From: an uncultured Planctomycetales bacterium
GTDB lineage: Bacteria; Omnitrophota; Gorgyraeia; Aquiviventales; Aquiviventaceae
Reading direction: 5' to 3'
DNA length: 62,258 nucleotides
Assembly: GCA_964556925.1 (NCBI GenBank)
Contig: CAZKXY010000003.1
Location: 1-62,258 of the forward strand
The notes under the pieces were generated by a model. That model was not told the DNA's origin. It did not search any database and saw nothing but the letters and a program-made list of their open reading frames with translations. The position numbers and the translations under genes were made by a program. Below are positions 19,830 to 27,583 of the stretch, piece by piece. Every line of letters starts with the position of its first letter. The first letter of the stretch is position 1.

Positions 19830-20614
19830 GATCCCAGGAGCAATTCCACGCGGTCGCCGCGCTTGGCGTTCTGGCTCCAGGCGGCTGAGCTTTCGCGGAT
19901 GGCCAACTCGATCAGCCCCAAGGCGTTGACCACCGCGATGAGCTGGTGCGGACGCCCCTGCGCATATGATGATACCACAGGTGCCCGTGCGCGGTTGTAC
20001 CGCATCACGGCCCGCGCGCGCGCAGGCGCCAGCCATCTGGCCGCCTCCAGATTCGTGATCAGGTTGCCGAACGCATCGATGTGGATGATTTCCCCCATCA
20101 CGCTCTGCCCGCGCGGCGTCGGCGACGGCCACTCCAGCGTTGCCACCCGCCGTTTCACCGGTCCCAAGACACGCAGCGATCCCCCGCGGGCCAGGTGCGC
20201 GGCGACCGGCGCGAGGATGTCCCGGCCGTGGAAGGTCTCGCTGATGGCCGCGAGCCAGTACCGGCGGTTGGCGAGCTCCACGACGCTGACCCGCGCGGCG
20301 CGGCGCAGCGGGAAGGTCAACAGGCCGTTATCGGGCCCCACGAAAAACCGGCCGTCGGCCCGCGCAGCCACCAGCGCCCGCGCGCCGCCGACGCCGGGAT
20401 CCACCACCGTCAAGAAGACCGTGCCCTTCGGGAACCACGGGGCGGCCGCCCCCAGCGTGAACGCGCCGGCCAAGACATCCTGGGGCGGGATCTCGTGCGT
20501 GAGGTCGATCACCCGGGCATGAGGCGCGCGGGACAGCAGGACCCCTTTCAACGCCCCCACATACCAGTCGCGGGTGCCGAAATCGGTCAGCAGGACAATC
20601 GCTCGGCCGCTCAT
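19826..20614 (-). CDS. SAM hydroxide adenosyltransferase / halogenase family (DUF62)
   Basis: LLTDFG, DLTH, VVDPGVG, GPDNG, TFHGRDILAP, HIDAFGNLITN. Confidence 0.92.
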   Translation of the reverse strand: MSGRAIVLLTDFGTRDWYVGALKGVLLSRAPHARVIDLTHEIPPQDVLAGAFTLGAAAPWFPKGTVFLTVVDPGVGGARALVAARADGRFFVGPDNGLLTFPLRRAARVSVVELANRRYWLAAISETFHGRDILAPVAAHLARGGSLRVLGPVKRRVATLEWPSPTPRGQSVMGEIIHIDAFGNLITNLEAARWLAPARARAVMRYNRARAPVVSSYAQGRPHQLIAVVNALGLIELAIRESSAAWSQNAKRGDRVELLLGS

Positions 20615-21462
20615 CGCAGCACGCGATCACAAAACGCCGCCACCCGATCGCCGTAGCGTTCCGGATCGCGGCTCCAGAGGTTGACGTGCGCCACCCCGGG
20701 CTCCTCCCAGCGGTCTTTCGGGCCGGCCCATCGTTCATAGAACCACCGCGCTTGGGCCGGGCTCGCGCGTCGATCCTCGCCGCCATGGATGTCCAGGAGC
20801 GGCTGGCGCAACCGGGGCGCGAGGGCGATGGGGTCGCGCGCCGCCAGCCGGGCCCTCAACGTCACCTGCAGCCCCCACCAAGTCAGCCACGCGAAGGGGA
20901 TCACGGGCAGGTGGTACCGATCGCGAACCGTGTGAGCCAGCACCGGAAAGAGCCTGGGGTAGATGGAGTCGGTCATCACCGCGCGGATGTCGGGAAAGCG
21001 CTCCGCCACCTGACAGGCCAGCGCGGCTCCCATCGACAGCCCCAGGATCCCGATCGGAAGCGCCTGACCGGCTCCGTGAGCCCGCAGCCAGGCCAGCACC
21101 GCCCCGGCATCCTCTCGCTCACGAACCCCGAAGGTGAACGGGCCGGGCCGGCTGCCGTGTCCACGCCACTCGAACACCACCGCCTCATAGCCCCGGCGGG
21201 AGAGCCCGGCGGCGATCCCCATGACTTGGGCGCGGTCCGCATAGTAGCCGTGACAGACCAGCAGCCGGGCGCGCGGGGTGGAGGCACGGAAGATCCAAAC
21301 CGGGAAGGACGTGCCGTCGGCCGCGGCGACCGTGTGGACCGTGGCGTCGGGCAACGGGGAGGGCGCCGCGGCGGGATGCCGCGGCGGATGGCACGCCACG
21401 CGAGCCGAATACCCGGCCCACGCGGCGCAGAGCATGCCGATAACCCCAACCAGCCACCACAC
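20611..21462 (-). CDS. Alpha/beta hydrolase with N-terminal membrane anchor (paralogue-like to 141-1034)
   Basis: VCHG, WRGHG, GLSMG, IHGGED, AHV. Confidence 0.85.
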   Translation of the reverse strand: MWWLVGVIGMLCAAWAGYSARVACHPPRHPAAAPSPLPDATVHTVAAADGTSFPVWIFRASTPRARLLVCHGYYADRAQVMGIAAGLSRRGYEAVVFEWRGHGSRPGPFTFGVREREDAGAVLAWLRAHGAGQALPIGILGLSMGAALACQVAERFPDIRAVMTDSIYPRLFPVLAHTVRDRYHLPVIPFAWLTWWGLQVTLRARLAARDPIALAPRLRQPLLDIHGGEDRRASPAQARWFYERWAGPKDRWEEPGVAHVNLWSRDPERYGDRVAAFCDRVLR

Positions 21463-21464
21463 GG

Positions 21465-21830
21465 TTATGCTGCGCTGGAAGTCCGGCGGGCGATCCGGTC
21501 GCGGACGAACTGCGCGATCACCGCCCGATCCTGCTCGGTGATCTCGGTGAAAAAGATGCCCATGCGGTACGTCGCCCGTCCGGCGGGCGAGACCGCCGGA
21601 TCGACGCGGACCACGACCCCGGTGCAGCGAATCGGCGCCACGCGCCCGCCGTTCGGGACGTCGAATTGCAACTGCAGCTTCGTCATCGGGGAGATGAACC
21701 GGTCCACCGTGCAGTAGGCCCCGATCGTGCTGAGGTTGTGGGTTTCGGTCTGGATGGGCGCGCCGGGCTCGCGAATGGCCAGGGTGACGCGCTCGGCAAC
21801 GCGAGGCGCCTGACGGCGTTCAGCGCTCAT
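21465..21830 (-). CDS. PilZ domain protein
   Basis: ERRQAPR (RxxxR) and NLSTIG (N/DxSxxG) motifs. Confidence 0.85.
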   Translation of the reverse strand: MSAERRQAPRVAERVTLAIREPGAPIQTETHNLSTIGAYCTVDRFISPMTKLQLQFDVPNGGRVAPIRCTGVVVRVDPAVSPAGRATYRMGIFFTEITEQDRAVIAQFVRDRIARRTSSAA

Positions 21831-21965
21831 CCCACACCCTGCCGCCGTCCCGCCCCACCAAGGGCGGGGCGGCCAGCCCCCATGGCTGTCCGCTGCGCCG
21901 CTGGCCCGGCGGCGCCTCGATGCGGAGGGGCGGCACGCGCCGCCTCCGGCATGCAGCGGGATCAT
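21827..21965. repeat. Family A element A5 (131 bp between two ATGA)
   Basis: ATGA-TCCCGCTGCATGCCGG...GCAGGGTGTGGG-ATGA; spans HIT stop to PilZ start. Confidence 0.9.
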
Positions 21966-22312
21966 CCCGGCGGCCAGCGCATCGGGCGTCCGCCCAACAG
22001 GTGGAGGTGCAGATGCCATACCGACTGCCCCGCGCCGGCGCCGCAGTTGAGGACCAGGCGGTAGCCGGAGGACACGAGCTGGTGTTGGCGGGCCAACCGG
22101 TTGGCGAACTGCACGGCGCGCCCCATGAGGGTCGTGTGGGCGTCGGTCAGATCCGCGAGCGATGGCAGGTGCTCGGTCGGGATGATCAAGAGGTGGGTGG
22201 GCGCCTGGGGGTTGATGTCCTTGAAGGCCAACAGGCCGTCTTCCTCCGCGACAATCGCCGCCGGCAGCTGCCGCGCGGCGATCCGGCAGAAGAGGCAGTC
22301 GGACGGGCTCAT
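21962..22312 (-). CDS. hinT: Histidine triad nucleotide-binding protein
   Basis: CLFCRI, DINPQAPTH, HLHLH triad, WPPG end. Confidence 0.93.
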   Translation of the reverse strand: MSPSDCLFCRIAARQLPAAIVAEEDGLLAFKDINPQAPTHLLIIPTEHLPSLADLTDAHTTLMGRAVQFANRLARQHQLVSSGYRLVLNCGAGAGQSVWHLHLHLLGGRPMRWPPG

Positions 22313-22449
22313 CCCCCCACCCGCCGCGGCTGCGCCGTCGGCGCAGCCCTGTGCGGCCGCTTGATGTCCCCTCCTTCCCCCACACCAGCCGTTCCTCTCC
22401 GGGAAACGCCTGTCAGGTGGAACGGCTGGGCGGCGGGTGGGGGGATCAT
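22309..22449. repeat. Family A variant A6 (133 bp between two ATGA)
   Basis: 17-bp perfect inverted arms ATCCCCCCACCCGCCGC / GCGGCGGGTGGGGGGAT; internal CAGCCGTTCC...GGAACGGCTG hairpin shared with A7. Confidence 0.8.
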
Positions 22450-22453
22450 CGGT

Positions 22454-22645
22454 TCAGGGCGAGGCGGGTGTCGCGTCGGATGTGGGCGCGGCCTTTGCCG
22501 CCTCGGCGGAGGCTTTCTCGCGCTCGGTATCCCAGCACCGCCGCTTGCAAAAATACCGGCCGTTCCGATAATACCACTGCTTGCGCGTCAGCCGCTTGCC
22601 GCACGAGGCGCAGGTCGGTGCGCGCGTCGCGATACTCATGGGCAC
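22454..22645 (-). CDS. Small putative Zn-binding protein (CxxC...CxxxC)
   Basis: CASCGK..YYRNGRYFCKRRC; SD-like GAGGTGAGG upstream; low-complexity tail. Confidence 0.65.
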   Translation of the reverse strand: MPMSIATRAPTCASCGKRLTRKQWYYRNGRYFCKRRCWDTEREKASAEAAKAAPTSDATPASP

Positions 22646-22646
22646 C

Positions 22647-23306
22647 TCACCTCATCGTATGGGGCAGATCCCCTAAGGGACACCGCCTGCACTCAGGCCT
22701 GCGCCGATGACAGAACCGCTTGCCGACCGCCACGAGCAGGGCATGATACTCGTTGTACGTGGCCGGCGGCGGGCCCTCCTGCATGACCAGCTGCTGCGCG
22801 TCATCATAGGTCGCGCGCGCCGACACGAGCCGGTGCCGCCTGAACACCCGCGCCGTGTAGGCGTCCACGACGAACACGGGCTTTCGGCCGGCGTAGAGCA
22901 ACATGGAATCGGCCGTCTCCGGCCCGATCCCGTTGAGCGCCAGGAGCTCCTGCCGCAGCCTCGGCCACGGCGTGCGAAACATCCGCGCGGGGCGCCCCCC
23001 GTAGCGCGCGAGATACCAGCGGGCGAAGCCGGCCAGCCGCCCCGCCTTCTGCCGGAAATACCCCGCCGGCCGGATCGCCTGGGCCAGCGTGCGCCTCGAT
23101 GCCGCTGCGATTCGCCGCGGCTGGAGCAGTCGGGTCCGCTTCAACCGCGCGATGGCCTGCTCGACATTGCGCCAGTTCGTCGCCTGCGTGAGAATGGCGC
23201 CGACCATCATTTCAAATGCGCTGTCGGCTGGCCACCACCCTTGCGGCCCGAACGCGCCCAGCAGGCGCCGGTAGATCACCCGAAGCGTGGCTGATGCGTC
23301 GTGCAT
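22647..23306 (-). CDS. Endonuclease III-related HhH-GPD protein
   Basis: WWPA, GAILTQ.TNWRNV, GIGPETADS, VVDAYT, EYHAL, Cys cluster at C-terminus. Confidence 0.9.
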   Translation of the reverse strand: MHDASATLRVIYRRLLGAFGPQGWWPADSAFEMMVGAILTQATNWRNVEQAIARLKRTRLLQPRRIAAASRRTLAQAIRPAGYFRQKAGRLAGFARWYLARYGGRPARMFRTPWPRLRQELLALNGIGPETADSMLLYAGRKPVFVVDAYTARVFRRHRLVSARATYDDAQQLVMQEGPPPATYNEYHALLVAVGKRFCHRRRPECRRCPLGDLPHTMR

Positions 23307-23373
23307 CCCCCTCAGCGGCGTTTCGCCACGAACTGGTCGCGGTGTGGGACGGCGTACGGACCCGGGCGGCGCT

Positions 23374-23478
23374 TTAGAACACGCGCCACGCGACCCAGTG
23401 CCAGGCGAGGGCGATCGAGAGTCCGATCGCGAGCCCGAGCATCAGGTCGGGCAGGCGGGGATTGAAGAACCCAAACAC
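23374..23478 (-). CDS. Putative 34-aa single-pass membrane peptide
   Basis: GGAGG-5 nt-GTG; VFGFFNPRLPDLMLGLAIGLSIALAWHWVAWRVF; own promoter upstream. Confidence 0.5.
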   Translation of the reverse strand: MFGFFNPRLPDLMLGLAIGLSIALAWHWVAWRVF

Positions 23479-23518
23479 CACATCCTCCGACGGTTGACAC
23501 GGCTCCACGAGAGGCCTT

Positions 23519-23547
23519 AGTCTAGCCGATTCTCCGTCGGTGATCAA
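23519..23547 (-). promoter_or_regulatory. Sigma70-type promoter
   Basis: TTGATC (23547-23542), 17 bp, TAGACT (23524-23519). Confidence 0.55.
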
Positions 23548-23587
23548 GAAAAAAAGCGGCTGCCCCGCGGGCACGCGGGACAGCCGC
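23546..23587 (-). terminator. Rho-independent terminator after the 49-aa gene
   Basis: Minus strand GCGGCTGTCCCGCG-TGCC-CGCGGGGCAGCCGC followed by TTTTTTTCTT. Confidence 0.85.
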
Positions 23588-23609
23588 AATCCGTCTCGGA
23601 TCCCCTGGC

Positions 23610-23759
23610 TTACTTCGTGGAGACGACCTTTAGCCCCATCACCACGGCGAGGATCACGAGAATTCCCTTGTAGGCGTCCAGGGGAAAGTGTAGGCCGATC
23701 AAGGCACCCAGCACGATCCCTGTCAGGACGTCGTGCTTGAACAGTTTCTCAAGCTTCAT
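23610..23759 (-). CDS. 49-aa hydrophobic membrane peptide (below the ORF-track cutoff)
   Basis: MKLEKLFKHDVLTGIVLGALIGLHFPLDAYKGILVILAVVMGLKVVSTK; SD AAGGAGGTGA; own promoter and terminator. Confidence 0.8.
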   Translation of the reverse strand: MKLEKLFKHDVLTGIVLGALIGLHFPLDAYKGILVILAVVMGLKVVSTK

Positions 23760-23780
23760 TCTCGTTCTCACCTCCTTCTT

Positions 23781-23796
23781 CTAGACGTTTGTCTAG
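23781..23796. promoter_or_regulatory. Palindromic operator-like site / RNA hairpin
   Basis: CTAGAC-GTTT-GTCTAG; 12-bp core identical to 46911-46922. Confidence 0.65.
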
Positions 23797-23844
23797 AGGA
23801 GAGGAGCCGGTTTCTTCCAGCGGCCGGACACACTCTCAAGTGGT

Positions 23845-23873
23845 ACTATACCACATTTGTCCCCATGAATCAA
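23845..23873 (-). promoter_or_regulatory. Sigma70 promoter of the 49-aa gene
   Basis: TTGATT (23873-23868), 17 bp, extended -10 TG-G-TATAGT (hexamer 23850-23845); AT-rich tract upstream. Confidence 0.7.
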
Positions 23874-23920
23874 GAGACACGATTTCTGCATAACCTATTT
23901 ATTTTATTGAAGTTACTAGA

Positions 23921-24271
23921 TTAAAGTGCCGACAGATGGTGGGAGAGACGGTCTAAATACACAGACAAACGTCTCTTAGTTTGCGGGGTCAAATCGAGGA
24001 AGGTCACCCCGATATCAAATTGCTCGCTGTCCGGGATGTTCCGGAACCACACGGCGCGACCCCTGGCGGTGATGGGCTCTTCCCCGGGCTCGCAGACGAC
24101 CTCAACGGTGAACTCCGTGGACACCGGCACGACGGTGGCGCTCAGACAGCGCAGACCCTCAACGCTGAGGTCTTTGGTGAGGGTCTCCACCACCTGGGCG
24201 CTCGCCGGTTTGTACAGCCGAACTGGCCGGTAGGCCCGAATCCGCTGGTGCTGGCGCCGCTCGTCCATCAC
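23921..24271 (-). CDS. PilZ domain protein
   Basis: ERRQHQR and DLSVEG motifs, GRAVW, IGVTF. Confidence 0.85.
   Translation of the reverse strand: MMDERRQHQRIRAYRPVRLYKPASAQVVETLTKDLSVEGLRCLSATVVPVSTEFTVEVVCEPGEEPITARGRAVWFRNIPDSEQFDIGVTFLDLTPQTKRRLSVYLDRLSHHLSAL
23963..23974. promoter_or_regulatory. Third exact copy of the AGAC-N4-GTCT 12-mer (inverted), inside the pilZ 3' end
   Basis: AGACAAACGTCT, about 90 bp upstream of the -35 of the 49-aa gene. Confidence 0.45.
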
Positions 24272-24277
24272 CCCTTT

Positions 24278-24306
24278 AGGCTAGCACGCGACCCCGCCCC
24301 TGTCAA
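24278..24306 (-). promoter_or_regulatory. Sigma70 promoter, probably leaderless pilZ mRNA
   Basis: TTGACA (24306-24301), 17 bp, TAGCCT (24283-24278), 6 nt before GTG. Confidence 0.6.
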
Positions 24307-24313
24307 CGTCACC

Positions 24314-24362
24314 AAAAGGTGTCAGACACCTTTCCCGCTTTGAAAGGTGTCTGACACCTTTT
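24314..24362. repeat. Family C double palindrome C2, between divergent promoters
   Basis: AAAAGGTGTCAGACACCTTTCCCGCTTTGAAAGGTGTCTGACACCTTTT. Confidence 0.9.
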
Positions 24363-24368
24363 CCCAGC

Positions 24369-24397
24369 TTGCGTCGTCAGAGCCCGTGCGTTACAAT
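24369..24397 (+). promoter_or_regulatory. Sigma70 promoter for the exeA-like operon
   Basis: TTGCGT (24369-24374), 17 bp, TACAAT (24392-24397). Confidence 0.6.
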
Positions 24398-24421
24398 ACC
24401 CCCAGAGCACGACGGAGACGC

Positions 24422-25243
24422 ATGTACCTCGAGTTCCTCGGCCTGCGCGAGAAGCCGTTTTCCATCACGGCCGATCCGTCCTTCCTCTACCTCTCCCGCA
24501 AGCATCGCGAAGCCCTCTCGCACATGGTCTATGGCATCCGCGAACGCAAGGGCTTTGTGGAAATCACCGGCGAAGTCGGCACCGGCAAGACCACCCTGTG
24601 CAAAGCCTTGCTGCGCCATCTGGATCCCACGGTGAAGACCGCGCTCCTGTTGCAACCCCAGCTCTCTGAGCTGCAGCTGTTGCAGGCGGTGGTGCAGGAT
24701 TTCGGCCTCCACCCGCTGAAAGGCGGCGGTCGGCTCGGCCTGTTCAACCAGCTCAATGCGTTCCTCCTCGAGCAGGCCGAGCGCGGCCATAACCTCGTCC
24801 TCATTCTGGATGAAGCGCAGAACCTCAGCCTGCGGCTGCTGGAGCAGATCCGGATGCTCTCGAACCTGGAGACCGACAAGAACAAGCTCATCCAGATCAT
24901 CCTCGTCGGCCAGCCGCAGCTGCGCGAGAAGCTGGCGATGCCCGCGCTGGAGCAGCTGCGGCAGCGCATCGGCGTGCGGTATCACATGACCGCGCTGGAC
25001 CAGGATGAGGTGCGCACCTACATCCACCATCGCCTGCGGGTGGCCGGGTCGGACGGCACGCTCGAATGGACGACGGACGGGATGGAGGAGGTCTCCCTCT
25101 GCTCCCGCGGCGTGCCGCGGCTGATCAACCTGATCTGCGACCGCTCGCTCTTGGCCTGCTACATCTTTCGGGTCAAGCGCGTGGATGCCGAGATCGTCCG
25201 GCGCAGCTACCAGGAGATGACTGGGCAAGTGCTCGTGTCGTAA
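24422..25243 (+). CDS. ExeA/GspA-family AAA ATPase (no peptidoglycan-binding tail)
   Basis: MYLEFLGL.EKPF, GEVGTGKTT, LILDEAQNL, LVGQPQL, GVPRLINL. Confidence 0.9.
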   Translation: MYLEFLGLREKPFSITADPSFLYLSRKHREALSHMVYGIRERKGFVEITGEVGTGKTTLCKALLRHLDPTVKTALLLQPQLSELQLLQAVVQDFGLHPLKGGGRLGLFNQLNAFLLEQAERGHNLVLILDEAQNLSLRLLEQIRMLSNLETDKNKLIQIILVGQPQLREKLAMPALEQLRQRIGVRYHMTALDQDEVRTYIHHRLRVAGSDGTLEWTTDGMEEVSLCSRGVPRLINLICDRSLLACYIFRVKRVDAEIVRRSYQEMTGQVLVS

Positions 25244-25265
25244 GAGCGAACGAGGAGGACCGACC

Positions 25266-25964
25266 ATGAGCCTCATTGAAGAAGCGCTGCGTCGCGTGAA
25301 GGATCCGCTGCTGGCTCCTCCATCGCCCGCACCGCCGCAGCAACAGCCGCCGGCTCCCCCGGCGCATTCGTGGACGCCCGAGGAGGCGCCGCCAGCGCGC
25401 TCGAACTCGCCCCTGAAGTCCCTCGTGTCTCCTCAGACCCCGACCTCGTTGGTGGCGGTGGGGGTGGCCGTCCTGGCGTTGACTGTGGTCCTGTTGACCG
25501 GCGGCGTGTTCTGGATCGGCGCGACCCTGCACAGCGGCGGCGCGCCCGCCCCGACGGCCGAGGCGCCTGACGTGGCGCCTGAAGCCGTTGTCGAAGAGCC
25601 GGCGGTGCTTGAGCCGCCGGCCGACGCCCCGCAACCGGCCAAGCCCCCCGCAGCCTCTGCACCTGCCCTGCCCCGGCTGCGTATCCAGGAGCCGACACCC
25701 CAGACATGGCCGAAGCTGCAGACGTCCCCGATCGTCTTCACGCCGAACCCCCTGGGGCGTCTGCGGCGGAAGGCGCCACCCCAGCCGCTGGTGCTGAATG
25801 GGGTCGTGGAAGGCCTGGGGGATCCCTACGCGGTGATCAACGGCTCGATCGTGGGACTGGGCGAGCGGGTGGGCGAGCTGACGCTGCAGGCCATCACCAA
25901 CGGCACCGTGACGCTGCGCAGCGATGACGGCGAGGACACCGTGCTGCGCGTCTCCAGCCGCTGA
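25266..25964 (+). CDS. ExeB/GspB-like membrane-anchored protein
   Basis: MSLIEEALRR start, single TM, Pro-rich linker, LNGVV..AVING C-terminal domain; follows exeA. Confidence 0.7.
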   Translation: MSLIEEALRRVKDPLLAPPSPAPPQQQPPAPPAHSWTPEEAPPARSNSPLKSLVSPQTPTSLVAVGVAVLALTVVLLTGGVFWIGATLHSGGAPAPTAEAPDVAPEAVVEEPAVLEPPADAPQPAKPPAASAPALPRLRIQEPTPQTWPKLQTSPIVFTPNPLGRLRRKAPPQPLVLNGVVEGLGDPYAVINGSIVGLGERVGELTLQAITNGTVTLRSDDGEDTVLRVSSR

Positions 25965-25980
25965 GCGCGGATCGCACGCG

Positions 25981-26244
25981 TTACGCGATCAGCTTATAGA
26001 CGACGTCGTGCTTGCGGCAGCGGCTGGGCACCTTCAGCCCGACGGCCGCGCCGGCGGCGGCTTCCTGCACCGGGGCATGGTCAATCTGCATCGAGCTGAC
26101 CACGTCCTGGAAATCCGTCGTGTGGCCCTTGACGTAGATCGTCTCCCCGACCTTCAGCGGCGCGCTCAACTCCACCACCGCCACCGACGGATGGACGAAA
26201 AACGCCGTCACGCGCCCGATCGCTTCCATACGTGGCTCGGCCAT
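25981..26244 (-). CDS. Small EF-Tu domain II-like beta-barrel protein
   Basis: IGRVT.FF, LKVGETI..KGHTTDF, V.SMQI.H, VGLKV; SD GAGGAGG. Confidence 0.8.
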   Translation of the reverse strand: MAEPRMEAIGRVTAFFVHPSVAVVELSAPLKVGETIYVKGHTTDFQDVVSSMQIDHAPVQEAAAGAAVGLKVPSRCRKHDVVYKLIA

Positions 26245-26258
26245 CTCGCCCTCCTCAG

Positions 26259-27347
26259 TTACGCGCTGACGTACTGCGCCAAGACCCGACGCACGAGGCG
26301 CTCCGACACCGCCTCGCTGACCCCCGCATGGCCGATCCGGGTGAGGATCACCCAGCGGGGGGTGCCGCGGACGAACTTTTTGTCGTAGCGCAGCGCCCAC
26401 TGCACGGCCCGGCGCGAGACCCCGCGGGCGCACACCGGCAATCCCGCCCGCGCGATCAACCGGATGACCCGCGCCCCTTCGGGCGGAGCGAGCCGTCCCA
26501 GCGCGACGCTGAGGGCTGTCGCCGCGCACATCCCGATGGCGATCGCCTCGCCATGCGTCAGGCGGCGAAACCCGGTGGCCGCCTCCAGCGCGTGCCCGAG
26601 CGTGTGCCCGAAATTGAGGTGGATGCGTCGGTCGCGGGTGTCCCGCTCATCCTGCGAGACGACTCGCGCCTTGATGGCGGCGGATCGCTCGACCATGACC
26701 CGTGCCGCGCGCGGCTCCACCCGCAGGCAGGCCTCCAGGTGCGTTTCGAGAAACACCCAGAGCGCGCGATCGGCGATGGCCGCGTACTTGAGCACCTCGG
26801 CGAATCCCGACCGCCGCTGGCGGAGGGGCAGGCTGCCCAGCAGGCGGAGGTTGCTGAAGACCAGGCGCGGCTGGTAGAACGCGCCGAGCAGGTTCTTGCC
26901 CTGGGGCAGATCGACGCCGACTTTGCCGCCGATCGCCGAGTCCACCTGGGCCAGCAGCGTGGTCGGCACCTGGACATACGGTAGGCCTCGACGATAGATC
27001 GCGGCCACAAACCCGGTCAGATCCCCCACGACCCCGCCGCCGAACGCGATGAGCGTGGGCAGGCGCAGCGGCGGGCGGCGCGCCAGCCGCTGGATGAGCC
27101 GCTGCGCCATCGCGAGCGATTTCGACCTCTCCGCTTCCGGGACAGTGATCATCGACAGCCGCCATCCCGCCCGCGCGAGCGGCCGCAGCAGCGCGGCCCC
27201 GTACCGGTCCAGCAACGACCGGTGCGACACCACCCACCCTTCCGGCGGCAGCCGGGCCGCGGTGAGCCATCGCGGCAGCGCGTCGAACGAATCGGCCAGG
27301 ACAACCGGGTAGGACCGCTCACCGAGGGACACCGTGATCGGATTCAT
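26259..27347 (-). CDS. aroB: 3-dehydroquinate synthase
   Basis: GGGVVGDL.GF, PTTLLAQVDSAIGGK, LNFGHTLGHALE, HGEAIAIG. Confidence 0.96.
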   Translation of the reverse strand: MNPITVSLGERSYPVVLADSFDALPRWLTAARLPPEGWVVSHRSLLDRYGAALLRPLARAGWRLSMITVPEAERSKSLAMAQRLIQRLARRPPLRLPTLIAFGGGVVGDLTGFVAAIYRRGLPYVQVPTTLLAQVDSAIGGKVGVDLPQGKNLLGAFYQPRLVFSNLRLLGSLPLRQRRSGFAEVLKYAAIADRALWVFLETHLEACLRVEPRAARVMVERSAAIKARVVSQDERDTRDRRIHLNFGHTLGHALEAATGFRRLTHGEAIAIGMCAATALSVALGRLAPPEGARVIRLIARAGLPVCARGVSRRAVQWALRYDKKFVRGTPRWVILTRIGHAGVSEAVSERLVRRVLAQYVSA

Positions 27348-27583
27348 CCCCCCACCTGCAGGGAGCCTGCGATGGCCAGACGGGTCCTGCCGCTGCGCAG
27401 CCCCCGTCTGGCAAGCGCACCGCTTGCGGGCTGCGGGTGGCCAGGTACTCCGCGAGCCGCGAATTCGGATTTTGCGAGCCCTCGTCGTGAGCAGAGCGCA
27501 GCAAAATTCGCTGAGCGGCGCGCGGAGACCTGGCCAGGACCCGCAGCGAGCGGAACGTCTGCCCCGCGAACAAGGCATGTCAT
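27344..27583. repeat. Composite 232-bp insert between two ATGA, containing family B element B1 (27433-27544)
   Basis: A-type right end GCAGGTGGGGGG-ATGA at aroB start; B1 closely matches the reverse complement of 37361-37472. Confidence 0.8.

Noticed and set aside
23479-23589. Upstream part of the 71-aa ORF 23374-23589
   Set aside because: It starts inside the terminator and crosses a predicted promoter; the SD supports the shorter GTG start at 23478.
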